Positions 1 through 15,782 of a DNA stretch of 64,000 nucleotides are shown piece by piece. How positions within the stretch are numbered: position 1 is the stretch's first letter; each line of letters starts with the position of its first letter. The DNA is taken from the NCBI RefSeq assembly GCF_009914755.1, contig NC_060943.1; one strand, written 5' to 3'. The position numbers were made by a program, and so were the translations under genes. The notes below the pieces were generated by a model. The model did not search any database. It was not told the origin of the DNA and saw only the letters and a list, made by a program, of their open reading frames with translations. Source of the stretch: the human T2T-CHM13v2.0 reference genome, Homo sapiens.

Positions 1-1284
1 ACCCACTGCTTTCTCTACCACATTCCCCAGACACTACTGTTTTGGGTCTCTTTTCATTTCTTTTCCTTGCTTACGCATGTTCTCAGATTAAAGTGGGATT
101 TTCTGAAACAGATTTTTTCTATAATGGGGTAAAAACCGTAAGTAAACAGAATTATCATAACCATTTAAATAGTAATAAAATATGTTTTTCTATTTCTATT
201 CAAAGAGGGGGAAAGGTAACTGGAGAAGATGAAAGGAAAAGCTAGATTTGTGGGTGGTAGGTGTGTTTTCTTCTTCTTCAACAACAGGTACAGAGTTTTA
301 GTAAAGGACTTCAAGGGAAAAGGAAAAAAATAGCATATACTGTTATGGGGTTATTTTTATCTTTCATTTTTGTGACAACTTATTTGTACTTAAGAGAATC
401 TTTCCAAAGAGTTAGAAGCATCATTAAATAAAGACTGTGAAATGTGCAATATGGCTTATTTATTTAAATGTTAATTGGTCCAACGAACACTTCTAATTAG
501 CTCTATATTTGCTTAGCAAAAAGTTTTACAAATTCCAATTGTGAAAAGCAGCTATTTTGAGCTGGTAAGCATGTTGCAGCCTCAGCTATGATTTTTCTAT
601 AGTTCTCAGCCCTTGAAGGCACAATTTAATTTTTCATGTATGCATACTAGCAACGGTAAACACTTGCGAGTGTAAAGAACCTTCTTTAATTAGCTGCACA
701 ACAATTAAAGGATTCACAAACTAAATTGAACCCTGTCTCGGTGCTTACTAGCTGAATTCTACCACCTGTCACAACAGCACTTTGTTCAATCTGTTATGCA
801 AAATCATTATAGCAATATAGTGGAGGGGAAAAAAAAAGAGAAAACAGCAATTATTTCTTACTTTTCTCTTGAATGGGTTATTTTGGGTTATACTGATGTC
901 AGGTTCATTGAAGCTAACCTTTTGAAATCTGTAACAGCATAATACTTCTAAGGCAGTCTCAGAATGGCTGGAAGAATATTCCATTTTACGCTTTTAGGAG
1001 GAAGCAGCATTCATTTCTTTCCTCCTAAAAGTGCTGGAGACTCTGATCATTTGAAACAACCTGTTCTACCTCTCCCAGCCACCTTCCATTTGCCTTTTTT
1101 CACCGGGAACCCTGTACGGCTCGACAGGCTTCTGTGTTTTAAAAGCTTGCAAACCGCGGCCGACGTGGGTTTAAAGATGCAATTCTCAAACTGCCGCCTC
1201 CAGAGCATCTCGAGTCATATTACTTCATAAGCCCAGTGACTTACTGTAAAAACATGTGTGTTGCTTGCTTTTTAAACATTTTTT

Positions 1285-1293
<9 letters not shown>

Positions 1294-1342
<49 letters not shown>
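1294..1342. repeat. (AT)n microsatellite, about 24 units
   Basis: Uninterrupted ATATAT run. Confidence 0.95.
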
Positions 1343-1351
<9 letters not shown>

Positions 1352-2949
1352 AATTTGATTTAAACTAAACTGCTCTCCTGTTTAGACTGGGTCGGAGGGG
1401 AATGTTACCCCCACCCCACCCTGGCCATTTGCAGAGACAAAGGCTTTATTGTGAGGCCCAAACCCAAAGCCTGACATGACAGACTTCTCCCTGGAGTCGA
1501 GGAATAAATGTTTACATTTGGTGTTGCCGTGCCCTGGCCCCCTGGTAGGAATGCCTGCAACTCTGGGCTTTCACATACAGAAGGGATGGGGAGGGATGCT
1601 TTGCGGAGGAGAACACCGCTGCTGACGAGCTGCACTTTGAGATGCTGCCTGGCATTGCTTAAAATGGCATCAATAACATATTGTTAGTCCCAGCCTCCAA
1701 AGCATATGTGATCTGGCCATTTCAGACGTCGGAGTGACTGTAGACAAACCGCTGAGCTCAGTCAGAGGGTCTGCATTCTCCCACATTACAATATTTTTTA
1801 TAAGTTGTTCTTTACATCATTTCAGGAAAATGCACAACGCAGACAAGGCAGGCCTTTGAAAATCTAAACTCTTTCCCTGAAAAAATGCTGAAAGGAGGAA
1901 AGTGAGAGCCAAAGGTCAAAGGCTGCGCAAGAATGTGTTTCTCTATTTTTCCTATTTCTTAAGCAGAGGAAACTGTCATCGTTGTGGCATTTGGGTAAGA
2001 AGGACTATCTCCAATCAGGTCCAGGAGGGAGAATTTGAAGTCTACAGGGGCTTCTCTCTTCTTTCTGCTGAAATCCAACTCTTTGGCTGGTCCAGGGCTA
2101 GTGCATGGAAACTAAAGTGAGCTGCTATCCGCTTTATTGAAGTTGGTGAAATGCATACCTCCTGCAAACTTGCAGCTCTAGAAAGAAGACCCACTTGCTG
2201 TCTTCCACAGCCTCCCTGTCTGCTGCTGCACTCGGCTGCAGTTTTATTGCCAGAGTCTCCAAGTGCAAGGTCCAGCTGCTCTTTGTCCCTGGGCATGCTG
2301 TCCCCCTCGTTCTTCCTGTGCTCTTGACAACGGTGTCTGCACCAGGCTTTTGATGGGAGGCTGCTGTTGCCTTCAGGGATGGGATGGTCACATAGTAGGC
2401 TCTCAGTGAACATCTGGTGATGACCGTAAATGTAATCTCCACTTGGCCGAAGAACTCATGGGAATTGAAGGGTGGATTCAGGCAATTTAAGCCCTTCAGC
2501 ATTCCCCTCTACATTTTTTTCTTTCCTTTCCTTTCCTCTTTTTTTTTTTTTTTTTTTTCTGCTGTTCATTTAGAATCTCCTCATCACGGTGCACTATTTG
2601 TTCCATCCCACGTTTCTTATTGCTAGTCTTGCAAGGGAAGATGGTAGGTAGAAGAACTGTAGCGTAAGGCCAGCGTTGCCCACGCAGGGCCTGCCTACCT
2701 TGTGCTCAGACCTGGGTTGGGCACAAAGGGGGCCATCCTGCCTTCAAGAGGCTTCTAGTCTGGGCGCAGAGCCCAGACTCCCCAAGGAAATGTGGAGACA
2801 GCCTTGGTGTAGATTCTGTATTTGGGGCAGGCCAGAGGGGGACACTGTTTTCTGGCACCCCAGCATCCCTGGAACTCCAGCATCCTCAACTGCAGGCCAC
2901 TTGAGGTAGTGATGGCTTAGCAGTGAGGCGCATGGCATGTGGAGACAGG

Positions 2950-3146
2950 CAGTCTGGGGTTCAGTCCCAGCAATCTAGTGATCAGATGTGAAACTTTAGG
3001 CAAGTTTTTTAACCTCTCTGTGCCTCAGTTTCCTCAACCATAAAACGAATATGATAGTAGTAAAACTCACTGATAGAGTTTGAGAATTATGTGAAGGCAC
3101 TTAGAACAGGACTGAGTGCCCAGGAAGTACCACGTTAGTTACCATT
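2950..3146 (+). mobile_element. MIR SINE
   Basis: MIR core ggcaagt...aacctctctgtgcctcagtttcctc...taaaa, then aaggcacttagaacag. Confidence 0.85.
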
Positions 3147-3152
3147 GCTGTT

Positions 3153-3937
3153 TGTTTCTAGAAAACTCTCCAACCATGATTTTCCTCTTCTCTTATACTA
3201 CAACCACAGTCATCAACACAGAAGAAGACTTCTGTGACCAAATGTCCGGAGAGGGGGGGGCTCCTCAACACACCCAGCAGTGGACACCAGCTGGGTGTCC
3301 CCAATTCAATTCTGCCACCATCTACCCAGAGATCCCACAGGTTGAGAGCTCAGTCCCCAAGACGGTCCTGCCCCAGGCACCAGTTGCAAGTCCAGGCCTC
3401 ACGAACTTCTGACCAACAGGCTTCACGTTGGGGTTCCCATGACCCCCTCTTTGGGTCCTATTAATTTGCCGGAGCAGCTCATGGAAACATTTACTTATGT
3501 TTACCAGTTTATTATCAACAATATTACAAAGGATGTGGGTGAAGAGAGGCGTAGGGGAATGTATGGGGCATGGTGGGGAGCTTCCACGCCTTCCCTGGGC
3601 ACCACTGTCCGGGAACCTCAAGGCATTCAGCTATCCCGAAGCTCCCAGAACCCAGTCCTCTTGGGTTTTTAGGGAAGCTTCATGATGTCATACATATCCT
3701 TCAGAATATAGGGTGAGTCCCTCTTTGGGGAGGGTCTTAAGACCCCAAGTCAGAAAGATGGGGGAAGATTAGAGTCCTGCCTTGGGGCAGGTGAAAGGAG
3801 GTCAGAAAAAGATCAGAAATATTCTGTTTCCTGAGGCCTAATACTGCCAACATTACAACAAAAGACTCTGACAGGGACCATGGGAGTTATGAGCCAGGAA
3901 CTGCAGACAAAACCTATGTATATATAATAACACCGCA
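3153..3937 (-). mobile_element. Solo LTR, MER21A-like
   Basis: Reverse complement starts TGCGGTGTTATTATATATA...TTCCTGGCTCATAACTCCCAT and ends ...GAGAGTTTTCTAGAAACA, matching the recalled MER21A consensus; TG...CA termini. Confidence 0.8.
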
Positions 3938-4167
3938 CTGCTACTTCCTGAACTTGGGGTCTCCCTGTGCCTGAACTCCATAGGTTCTGAGATTCAACAG
4001 AACCTTAGGAAACCATCTCCTAGCTCCTGGCTTCAGGCTTGATGGGTCTGATGAGCCATCAGACCAGAGTCTTCCAGGGAAAGCTTCTCCATGGGTACCA
4101 AACCATTTAAGACTGCACTTCTCCCTTGCCTCTTGATACTGTTTATGGGCGCAGTGTTGTAGTCTAG

Positions 4168-4617
<450 letters not shown>

Positions 4618-5825
4618 TGAAGGATCTCTAAAGTCAGGAGTTCCTGAGTATCTTCCATGCTAGAAGTATGTGCATTGTTCCATGTGCAGGGCACATGGGA
4701 GAGACACAATCATTGTTAACATATGAATTTATAGCCTAGCAGGGGCACCAAGAAAAGGGAACAACTAGTCAACCGCGATGCATGCCCAGGGAGAAACAAC
4801 CCAAGGAAGAGGAGTGGGAGACGAGAGAGCGGAGTGTGGTTAAGGACTAGGAAAGGATCAGGAGCAGGTGCCACCGAGCAAGAATCTTAATTTGCCATGG
4901 TCATGGGTTGGGGAAGGTTCTGAAGGTGTTTTCTTTGAAATCCACACCGCTTTACTCCAGGCCAACAGGGATTTTGGCCAGGAGACTGCAGGCTGATGTA
5001 GGAGAGCTCTGCTGTTGGGGAAGGATACATTGTAGGGCTATAAATACCTGAGATAGGAAATGCGTATTTTTAGCTCCAAGCATTGAGGAAACTTGGATTA
5101 TCTAGCAGTGATTGGGGTCATCTCCCAGCTCTGTTTCTACACTGGGAAACTGTACGGCCAGTTTTCCTTTTAAGGGTTGAGCAACGTGCCGGGGCTGGCA
5201 CAGCTTGGTGCCTGACACAGAGTGACCCCTGGAGACTGTCTGTGGAATGACTGTGTGACAGCCTCCAGTGAACAAGTTTTCTGTAGCGGGTGTGCTCCTT
5301 TAAAGCAGGGGCCACCACAACTTGTTGGCATTTCCCTGGGTGTTGCTATCATGTCAGTTTCTCATGGTGATAACCTTTTAAAAGATGTTTGATCCCTAAA
5401 CAGTGTAGAAAGAGATGCGAGCAGAGGAGATCCACAGAGTAGACAGAGGGCATCCCCAACCTCTGTTGTCTCTGCTGTGGACCCTGGACTGACTGCAATC
5501 ATGTCGGGTCCCACCAGTTACTTTAATGAGGGGGGATTTTGCTTTTGCAGAAGTTGCTGCCTTTCTTGTGCCTGTTACTTTGCTCACTTATTACTGGGGT
5601 CACAGCAGGTGGCTGGATAAAGGATCACCGGAACCAGGGAGCCAGCCCTACAACTCCACTTTGCTCCTCCCTGACCTACCCTGTCCTGTGTGGCCAACAG
5701 ACTGACCTTATGATCCCCAGAAGGCTGAAAAATCTACAAAGGATGTTTCTTCCTTTTTGTTTATATTGACGTTTTGCTAGTTTTTCTAAACATTACATAA
5801 TGAGCTGATTTCAAAATCAGCTTGC

Positions 5826-6123
5826 TGTTTCGAGAAAACTCTCCAACCATGATTTTCCTCTTCTCTCACACTACAACTATAGTCATCAACACAGAAGAAG
5901 ACTTCTGTGACCAAATGTCAGGGTGGGGGGCTCCCCACACACCCAGCAGTGGACACCAGCTGGGTGTCCCCCAATTCAATTCTGCCACCATCTACCCGGA
6001 GATCCCACAGGGTGAGAGCTCAGTCCCCAAGATGGTCCCGCCCCAGACGACAGTCACAAGCCGGGGCCTCACGAACTTCTGACCAACAGGCTTCACTTTG
6101 GGGTTTCCAAAATCCCCTGTTTG
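5826..6123 (-). mobile_element. Partial MER21A-like LTR, second copy of about 3150-3455
   Basis: Colinear and highly similar to the first 300 bp of the LTR at 3153-3937. Confidence 0.85.
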
Positions 6124-7208
6124 TGTTCTGAGCAGCAGGAAGGGAATGGACATCCCTGGGTGATCACCAAGATGAGTTCTTTGCTGTCTCTCCTTTCAGG
6201 CCCTTATGCATGTATATTCTCTCTTTTTGTTGTTGTACATAAAGTGGATTATGCTTGCATACCATTTTGTGAACAGCCACTGAATTTAATGTATTCTTCT
6301 GCACCCTTCTTGATGAGTGCAAAAACAATTGCATGACTCTACCATGATTGATTTATTTAATCCAGTCCCGTGGGTGGAAATACAGATGGTTTCCAATTTT
6401 CTTTTTCTCTCATTAGATCTGGGGACTGGGCTCCTTGTCTTTGGCTCACAGAGGATGACTGGGGTTTCCTTTGTTGAGAGGAAAGTGGCCGTCATGAAAT
6501 CAGTTGGGTTTTCTCTGATGTGATGGGCACTATGAGTACCTGCCTTGGCCCACTCATCACCAACCCTGAAGGGGTCTCAGGCATATACTTTTGGATTGGA
6601 GGTGGGTTATGAGAAAGATGGGCTGTGTTTCTTTTTGTGTGAGTGGATGCATGTACCTGTGCACGAGTACATGTGTGCACAGAGGTGTAGAGGAAGTTCA
6701 ACCTGTTTTTTGCTTTGGGTTTGTGGTGATTGAATCCAGGCCATTATAGACCATGGGGAGAAGGGTGGAAATCTGGGTGTTGCATTCTAGTAAAATTGGC
6801 CACTAGTATAATTGCCCTAACCTTCTGAGTGTCTGCTCACGGGTGTTAAGCATTTGTCTGTACCATTTTTGATTAGTGCATGGTATCCAGGGGGTGCCCT
6901 TGTGAGCCAGCCTCCCCTCCCCATCACCACCTTTGTTCCTTGAGCTTCTTTCCTTCAGTACTCCATCTGCATTATTTGTCCAGGCCACAGCCTTTTCTCC
7001 AGGAATTAGAAAGTCATCACTGTTTTCTACTGCCATTCAATCTTCTTGACCTCTGGTGAGAGTTGTGAGCTGCTCTCTCTGCCAATTTCAGCAGCTGGGA
7101 GGGATATTGGTGAGGGCACAGGAAGTAAGTGGAAGAAGGGTATCAAGGTGGTCACATCGCAGTTGCAATCTGCTTTTGTTTTATTCCTTTGGTTGTTAGT
7201 AATTAGTT

Positions 7209-7698
7209 ATTCATCCATCCATATGTCCATCCATCCATCAGCCATCATTGATCCATCGGTCCATCTGTCCATCATCCATCCATCTATCCTTCCATCTATT
7301 CATACATCTATCCTTCCATCTATTCATCCATCCATTATTCTCTATCATCCATCCATCTATATATTCATCCATCCTCCATCCATCGATCTTCTATCCATCC
7401 TTCATCTATCATCATCCATCTATTCATCTGTCTATTCATCCATTCATCCATCCACTCATCCATTCATCCATCTATCCACCCACAAATCCATCATTCATTC
7501 ATTCATTCATTATCATCCATTGGTCCATCCATCCATCCATCCATCCATCCATCCACTCATTCATCCATCCATCCACTCATCCATCCATCCATCCATCCAC
7601 CCACAAATCCATCATTAATCCATTATCATCCATTCGTCTATTCATCCATCCATTGATCCATTCATCCATCTATCCATATCTTTCTATCTAAACATTCA
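7209..7698. repeat. Degenerate (TCCA)n/(TCAT)n simple repeat
   Basis: About 490 bp of catc/tcca/ttca units; explains the H/P/S/I-rich spurious ORFs. Confidence 0.92.
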
Positions 7699-7704
7699 TC
7701 TCTG

Positions 7705-7778
7705 GTATGTAGAATGGTGTCTGGCATAGAGTAGTTGCTCAATAAATATTTGTTGAATAAATGAATGAATAAATAAAT
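7705..7778 (+). mobile_element. L2 3' end
   Basis: gtgtctggcatagagtagttgctcaataaatatttgttgaataaatgaatgaat. Confidence 0.8.
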
Positions 7779-8972
7779 AAAAGTCAGAGGTTTTGAACTT
7801 GGAGAGTGTATTTCCTGCCAATAGTCTGCAGCAGGCCTATGAGATTCAGACCACCTTGTTCTGCTAAAGGACATCTCAAGCCTCGCTAATCTTACAGAGC
7901 TCTCTTTTCTTATGTTGTTATCCTTGGGAGGCGCCCTGTCTAATTTTCTCCTTCCGAATCCCTGGCCCCCCTGCTCCCAGCTTCCTTGGCAGCAGACAAG
8001 GAAGAAGGGCAATCTAGGTGTACTTTTATAAATGACACTTTGATGAACATCATTTCAGCTAAATCTTTGTACACGTTCTTAATTATTTCCTTAGGTTTAA
8101 TTGCTAGAAGTGGAATTGCCAGGTTAAAGAGAATGCACATTTAAAGATTTGAATACCTGTTGCCAAATTGCCCTTCAGGCATGTTATGTCAAATTACGTC
8201 CCCCGACCACCACAACTGCCATACAAATTATGACCCTGTCCCTTTCCTTATATTCCTTCAAGTCTGAATGTTATTTAACAAAGTGGTACACCGTACTAAT
8301 TTTATATGCAAACTGTCTCATTTTGCTTTTTATTTCTCAAGCTTAATATGTATGTATATCTATATTTTATGTAGATATCTCTCTATATAGATGTAAAGAT
8401 ACATATCTTTAATGGAATGCCTCTAAGTCCCTTTGGTGAATTACCTGTTTATGCCTTCTGTCTGGTTTCCTTTTGGGTATTTGAATTTTTTTTTTTAACT
8501 GTAGCATCTCTTCATACATCAGAGATATTAACCCTTTGTCTTATACACATCTTCTAATTGTTTCTTCGAAGTATTTCACTTGGAAAAATAGTTCGTACAT
8601 GGTGTTTTCTAATGAGATAAAGGGATTTAAGTGATTAAATCTTTTAATGTATTCCTTTACTTTTTAGTGCCATGCTTTGAAAATGATTTCCTACCCCATT
8701 AATAATACTCCTAAATTCACCTTAAGTATTTATGATTTTATTTTAAATATAAATTTCTAATCCATTAAGTGCTTATTTTGATGTATATCCTTAGGGTAAA
8801 ATTTTGTATTCACACATTGCACACATATTCATAATTTTCTATTAAAGAGATTTTAAAATTACATTTTCCAACTGATATATAAGATATATAGGAAAACTCC
8901 ATTTACTTTTTGTTCTTTGAAATTTATAAATAAAATAACTTTAAAAAATTATTTGAAATAAATAAACAATGA

Positions 8973-9330
<358 letters not shown>

Positions 9331-12305
9331 TCAAGAGGTAATAATTTTTCATGGATTGGCATTATCTCTGCACATGCACAAATGCATATAAATACAAAGG
9401 AGTTCTTGTTTTTCACAAACATGGCAAAACCGTATACACATTGCTTTGACACTAGCATTTATATACTTAAGAATATAGAGATCTATTTAATTCTCTTAAA
9501 CTTGGACAAAATTCCATGATATGGATGTACCATAACTACTTAGGTATTTTCCAATGGGTCAATGATTGAATCATTTCCATTCTTTCTCCAATTAAAAAAA
9601 TGCTGCAAAAAAATTTCTGGCACATACACATGTGAATATTTCTATAATATGGATACCTCCAAGTGGCATTGTTAGGTTGAACGGTATGCACATTTAAAAT
9701 TTTCGTGGATATTGAAGAATTGCTTTCTAAACAGGGTGCACCAGTTTACTTTTCTGCAGATAGTGTGTGAGAATGGTCAGTTTCCCAAACCTGTACCAAC
9801 AATATATACAAATAAAGCTTTTTAGTTTTTTTTTGCAATCTGATGCACCAAAATTTTAAAATTTTTATATGAATTTCCTTTGGAATATAGTTAAAGATAC
9901 ATTTTTATTTATACAACTTTATATGGCTTCATTTTAAAAAGTCTTTACCAAGGATTATAAAAAAATTCTCCTATGATTTCAGTGATGACTTCTTAGTTTT
10001 AAAACTTTTTGTGTGAAGTAATGTTGTGTAATGTATTTTTTAAATGCATAGACTATTATCTCAATATGTTTACTGATCAGTCTATTTTTATATCTGAATC
10101 ATCACCTTTATCAAAACCACGTGTCACTTTCGGGCTTCTCTCTACCTGGTTCATTGACATATTTGTCTACTTCTGTATACTACCACATTATTTCAATTAT
10201 TATAGTTTTACTGTATTTTGATTTGATAGTACACATGCTGTCTTTTTATTCTTTCTTAAAACTTGCTTGGCAATTATCACATTTTTTAATGATGAATTTT
10301 AGATTTCACTTGATAAGTTTGATAGATGATCTTATTGATAATTTGACTTGGATTTATAGATTAATTTTAAAAAAATTTATGTATTTATGATATCACCATT
10401 TCATCCATGAACATGGTATAGTTCTATTCAGGTCTTATTTTATGCCCTTTTGTAAAGTTTTCTGTTTTACTTTTATAGATTTTGCCCATGTCTTATTATA
10501 GTTATTCTGGGTGTTTGAAATTTCCTCTGACAACTTACAATTGTTTTTTTTTATACAGGAAAGTGATCATTTTCAGTATATTGATTTTATCTTTGACATT
10601 TTACTACGATTTATTAGTACTAACAGTTTCATACTTTATTCTTTGGATCTTTTAGGTACAGTCATTTTCAACTGTGAATAATGACAGTTTTGCCTAGTCC
10701 TTGTAAATAATTACAACTCATAACTTCTTTTTTTTTCCAAAAATTTCACATTGTTTGTATTGACTAAGACTTCCAGGACAGAGTGTCTTGTTGCTAGCTT
10801 TAACAGAAATAATTCCAATGTTTTGCCATTAAACATAATGTGTGATTTGGCCATTTATCTTTTTATAAATCAGGAAGGAATGTTGAATTTTATCAAGTGA
10901 TCTTGGGATGTTGTTGATATGATTATTCTCTTGTAAGATATTAATATAGTGAATTAGTAGACTTTCTATTGTTGAATGAATCTTGAATTATTGGGGGTAA
11001 ACTCTAGTTGTTCTTTAATAAATTATGTGAATATACCATATGGTTCATTTCACTAATATTTTATTTGATATTTATATTGCTGTTTATAAATGAGATTGCC
11101 TTATAGCTTCTAATAGAAAGTAGTAGTAATAGTAGTAACAGTAATTCTTGTCCTTCCTTTTCCCCTTCTCCTTCTTCTCCTCTTTCTCCTCCCTCCCTTC
11201 TTTCTTTTTGTCTTATATGCTATATCTAGTAGCACTATCCTAGTCTCAGAGAATGAAATGAGAAACTTTCTATCTTTTCTGTGTTCCGAGATGGTTTATA
11301 TACAGAGACGATCTGTTTCTTTGAACTTCTGGTAAACTATGAACATAAAAGTGATGAGGCTTTTTTTTAAAATGTAAATGTTCGTTATCCTTAAATTTCT
11401 TCTATAGTTATTCTTTTATTCAAGTATGTTACTTCTCATTGTCATATCTGATAATTTTTTTAGACAATTCATTTATTTTAGTGTAGATTTTCAAATTTAA
11501 TGGTATAAAGTTGTTCTGTATTTTATCATTATTTTAAAATGTCTTTTGTACCTGAATTTTTATTCCCTTCCTCAATCCCATGTTGTTTGTGTTTTCTCTT
11601 TTTATTCTCATCCATATTGCCACATTTATTTTCTTGGTCTTTTCAAAGAAACTGTTTTTAGTTGTATTGAATGAGCCTTTTGGGGGAAAGGGTGTGGAGC
11701 GGTTCTATTTAATTAGTGTCTGCTCTTATTTTTATGAATCCCTTCTTACTTTCATCAGGTGTATTTTTATTACCCCCCTCCCTAGTTTATGGAATTGAAG
11801 GCTTTGTTCATTTGTTTTCAATTCTTTTCACTTTCTATTCATTACATTAAAGGTTATAAAGTCTCATTTGACTACCCTCTTAACCACATCCTAGAATTTT
11901 TATTCGTTTGTTTTGCTATTGCTTTGTTTTTACTTTTAATTTGAACAGGTATTTAATAAGATTTATAGGTTTTGGAACTTTATTCAGGTATTTTTGAATG
12001 CTGTAATACATGTAACATTTTTGAGATGTTGCATGGATGTTTGTAAAGAATTCATATTTTCTGTTGGGTATGGGGTTCTGTCATTCTTATTTTTAAACAT
12101 TTATTTTTAAAGTCTAATTTCCTATCTGAGGAAGGCATGATAACCTTTTCCATGATGAATTTGTTAGTTTTGCATTACATTACCCGCTTTTGCATTATGT
12201 ATTTTATAGCTTTGTTGCTAGGTGCATAGAAGTTCATCACTATGATTGCTCCTTGAAGTTCTTTGATAGACTGTATTCTTTCTTGACATAAAAATTCCCT
12301 GTACT

Positions 12306-12613
<308 letters not shown>

Positions 12614-13502
12614 GTTTCCCTGTACCTATTTAATGTTTTGGCCTCAAATTATATTTTATATGATACTACTATTTCACTACTTACTTTTGTTTTATTGATG
12701 TTGCTTTGTATATATCTTTTCCATTCTTAAATTTTCAACCTTTATGTGAAACTGGTTCTCACATAAAGAATATAAAACTGGGGAATGGTGGGCATATATT
12801 TAACCTAATCCAATATTTGAAATTCTTTCTTTTTTATACATGATTTTAACCCATTAACATTTATTAAGTTTACTAATATGTTTAGTTTTTATTTTTGCTA
12901 TCGTTTTTATGTTGTCTGTTAATCATGGCATATGAAGTTTTCTCTCTTTTATTGCATGGATGAAATTTTGTTTCATTTTTTTTCTTTTCTGATTTAAAAG
13001 TGTACACCTGGGGTTTGGTCACATAATGAGAATGCTTAATTTCTGACACATTTTAAATGTGTGTGTGTGTGCACATATGCATTCACCATCCATATCCTCC
13101 CTTGAACAAGACAAAGCCTTATCTGTCATCCATCCCAGCCCCATGTCCTTTGCCTTTCCTTCATGTGAAAATGATCTGTGATTTTAATTCCAGACATTGT
13201 AAAAACCATTATGTACTACCCATTATTTGAACTTAAATATAAATATAAACTGACCTTTGGTTTACTTATTTTATTTCCTCTGTTGTATAAAACCTTTAAT
13301 GATTTCAGAGTGAGTCTGAGTCCTTTTTTATCTGAAAATGTGTTATTTTATCTTGCACTTGATGCTACATATAGAATTCTAGGTTTAAAATAACTTCCCC
13401 CAGCCCTTTGAAAATATTACCTGACTATTTTGAAATATCCAGTGTTGTCATTGAGAAGTCTGATGACAGTCCAATTCTCATTCCTATGTGGGTAAGCTGT
13501 TG

Positions 13503-13916
13503 TCTTCTTCCTCTTCTTTTTCTTCTTCTTTTCCTCCTCCTCCTCCTTCTTCTTCCTGCTTCTGCTTCCCCTCCTCCTCCTGCTCTCTTCCTCCTTCTCC
13601 TTCTTCCTCCTTTTCCTTCTTCTCCTCCTCCTCCTTTTCCTTCTTCTCCTCCCCCTCCCCCTGCTCCCTGTCTCCCTCTCCCTCCCCCTCCTCCTCTTCT
13701 CCCTCCCCCTCCCCCTCCTCCTCTTCTCCCTCCCCCTCCTCCTCTTCTCCCTCCCCCTTCTCCTCCTCCTGCTCCTCCTCCTCCTTCTTCTTCTTCTTCT
13801 TCTTCTCCTTCTCCTTCTTCTTCTTCTTCCTCTTCTTCTTCTTCGTCCTCTTCCTCTTCCTTTTCCTTCTTCCTTCTTCTCCTTCTTCTTCTCCTCCTTC
13901 TCTTTTTTTTCCTTCT
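13503..13916. repeat. Polypyrimidine (CCT/CTT)n tract
   Basis: No A from 13496 to 13916; only 7 G in 13503-13916. Confidence 0.95.
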
Positions 13917-14066
13917 AGCATTGTTTTTTCCACTTTCTTTCTGGAGGTTGGAGGTCTCTTCTTGATGTGACAGTGTGTGAATTCTTTTTTCCAGAAATTT
14001 TCCCATCAGCTGGGGGATTCTTTCAAATGTAATTCTTTTTATTTTTCTCAGTCTACAGACTGAAAA

Positions 14067-14411
<345 letters not shown>

Positions 14412-15468
14412 CATCATCATCATTTTTCAATCCTTAGCTCGCTTGTTCTTTCTGGAACTTCTACTTGATGGGTATTAGACACTTTGGATTGTATCTGCAT
14501 GTCTTTTCATTTATCTCCTATACTTTCCATTTCATTATTTTTGTACTACTTTCACATGATCTTTCATGTCAGGAATTTGGCTGGGACCATGTCTATTCAG
14601 CTTTTAGATCTTCAACAGGGATTTAAAGAAAATATATGCAATCAAATTGTGAATTTCCAACACTTTTTTGTGTTTTCCTTCTCTGATGGCTCTATTTCCA
14701 ATCAGTCATTTCTCTCTTTATGGTTGCAATATTATCCTTTTTGTGAAGATACTAGTTAGAATTTTTTATTAAATTATCTTTGTCCTCTGAATTTTTTTTT
14801 TTTTTGGTACATCTTGGTTCTTCTTTGTTGTGTTTTTAGCTTCCTTCACATTTGTAGTGAGCTATTTTGTCATTTGTTTTTGTGAAAAGAGGAGTAGTGG
14901 CTTAGTATTGGTGCCTGGCAGATATTCTTCTGTGGTTCTCTAGGTCTGTTACCCCATCAGGCTCTCCATGGCATGGGAGGGATGCTCATTGGCTCTTACT
15001 GTGGAGGGTTCTGGGACTGTCAGACTCACGTTAGGATGTGCAGTGTGGGGTGTGTGGGCAGGAAAATAGGCAGGCTGGGACTCACCCACCTCCTCCCTGC
15101 CCTCCCCATCCTCCCTGGGAAGAGGGCAGGCTTTCTCTCTGGCACTGGGAGACTCAGGTGCTCACCTTCCTAGTGGGTGGCCCTTTCATCTTTTTCCCCA
15201 CCACGTTGATGAGGCAACTTTAAACTCTCTCCTGTGTCTTTCCAGGTCCCTGTCCTCACTCTAGAACATTTTTTTGGTTAGGTGATTCATATTCTTAGAG
15301 TGTTGGATAATACTTGGCACTTGGCTTTGAGGATGATGCTTCCCTCTACCACTGCACTTTCCATTTTGAGTTTTTGTGGATCAGCTCATTATTTTCAAGT
15401 TCTTTCCCCACAGTGTATTTGAGGCTGTTCTTTGGCCTATGTCTATTGATCTGATCCCATCTATATTA

Positions 15469-15782
<314 letters not shown>

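Noticed and set aside
7046-7691. 190-aa and 147-aa H/P/S/I-rich ORFs (likewise 21135-21833)
   Set aside because: (TCCA)n simple-repeat artefacts.
13408-14006. Pro/Ser-, Arg/Gly- and Glu/Gly-rich ORFs (EEEGEGEEEE resembles RPGR ORF15)
   Set aside because: Products of the (CCT/CTT)n tract; several frames are open simply because stops cannot form, so the resemblance is compositional.
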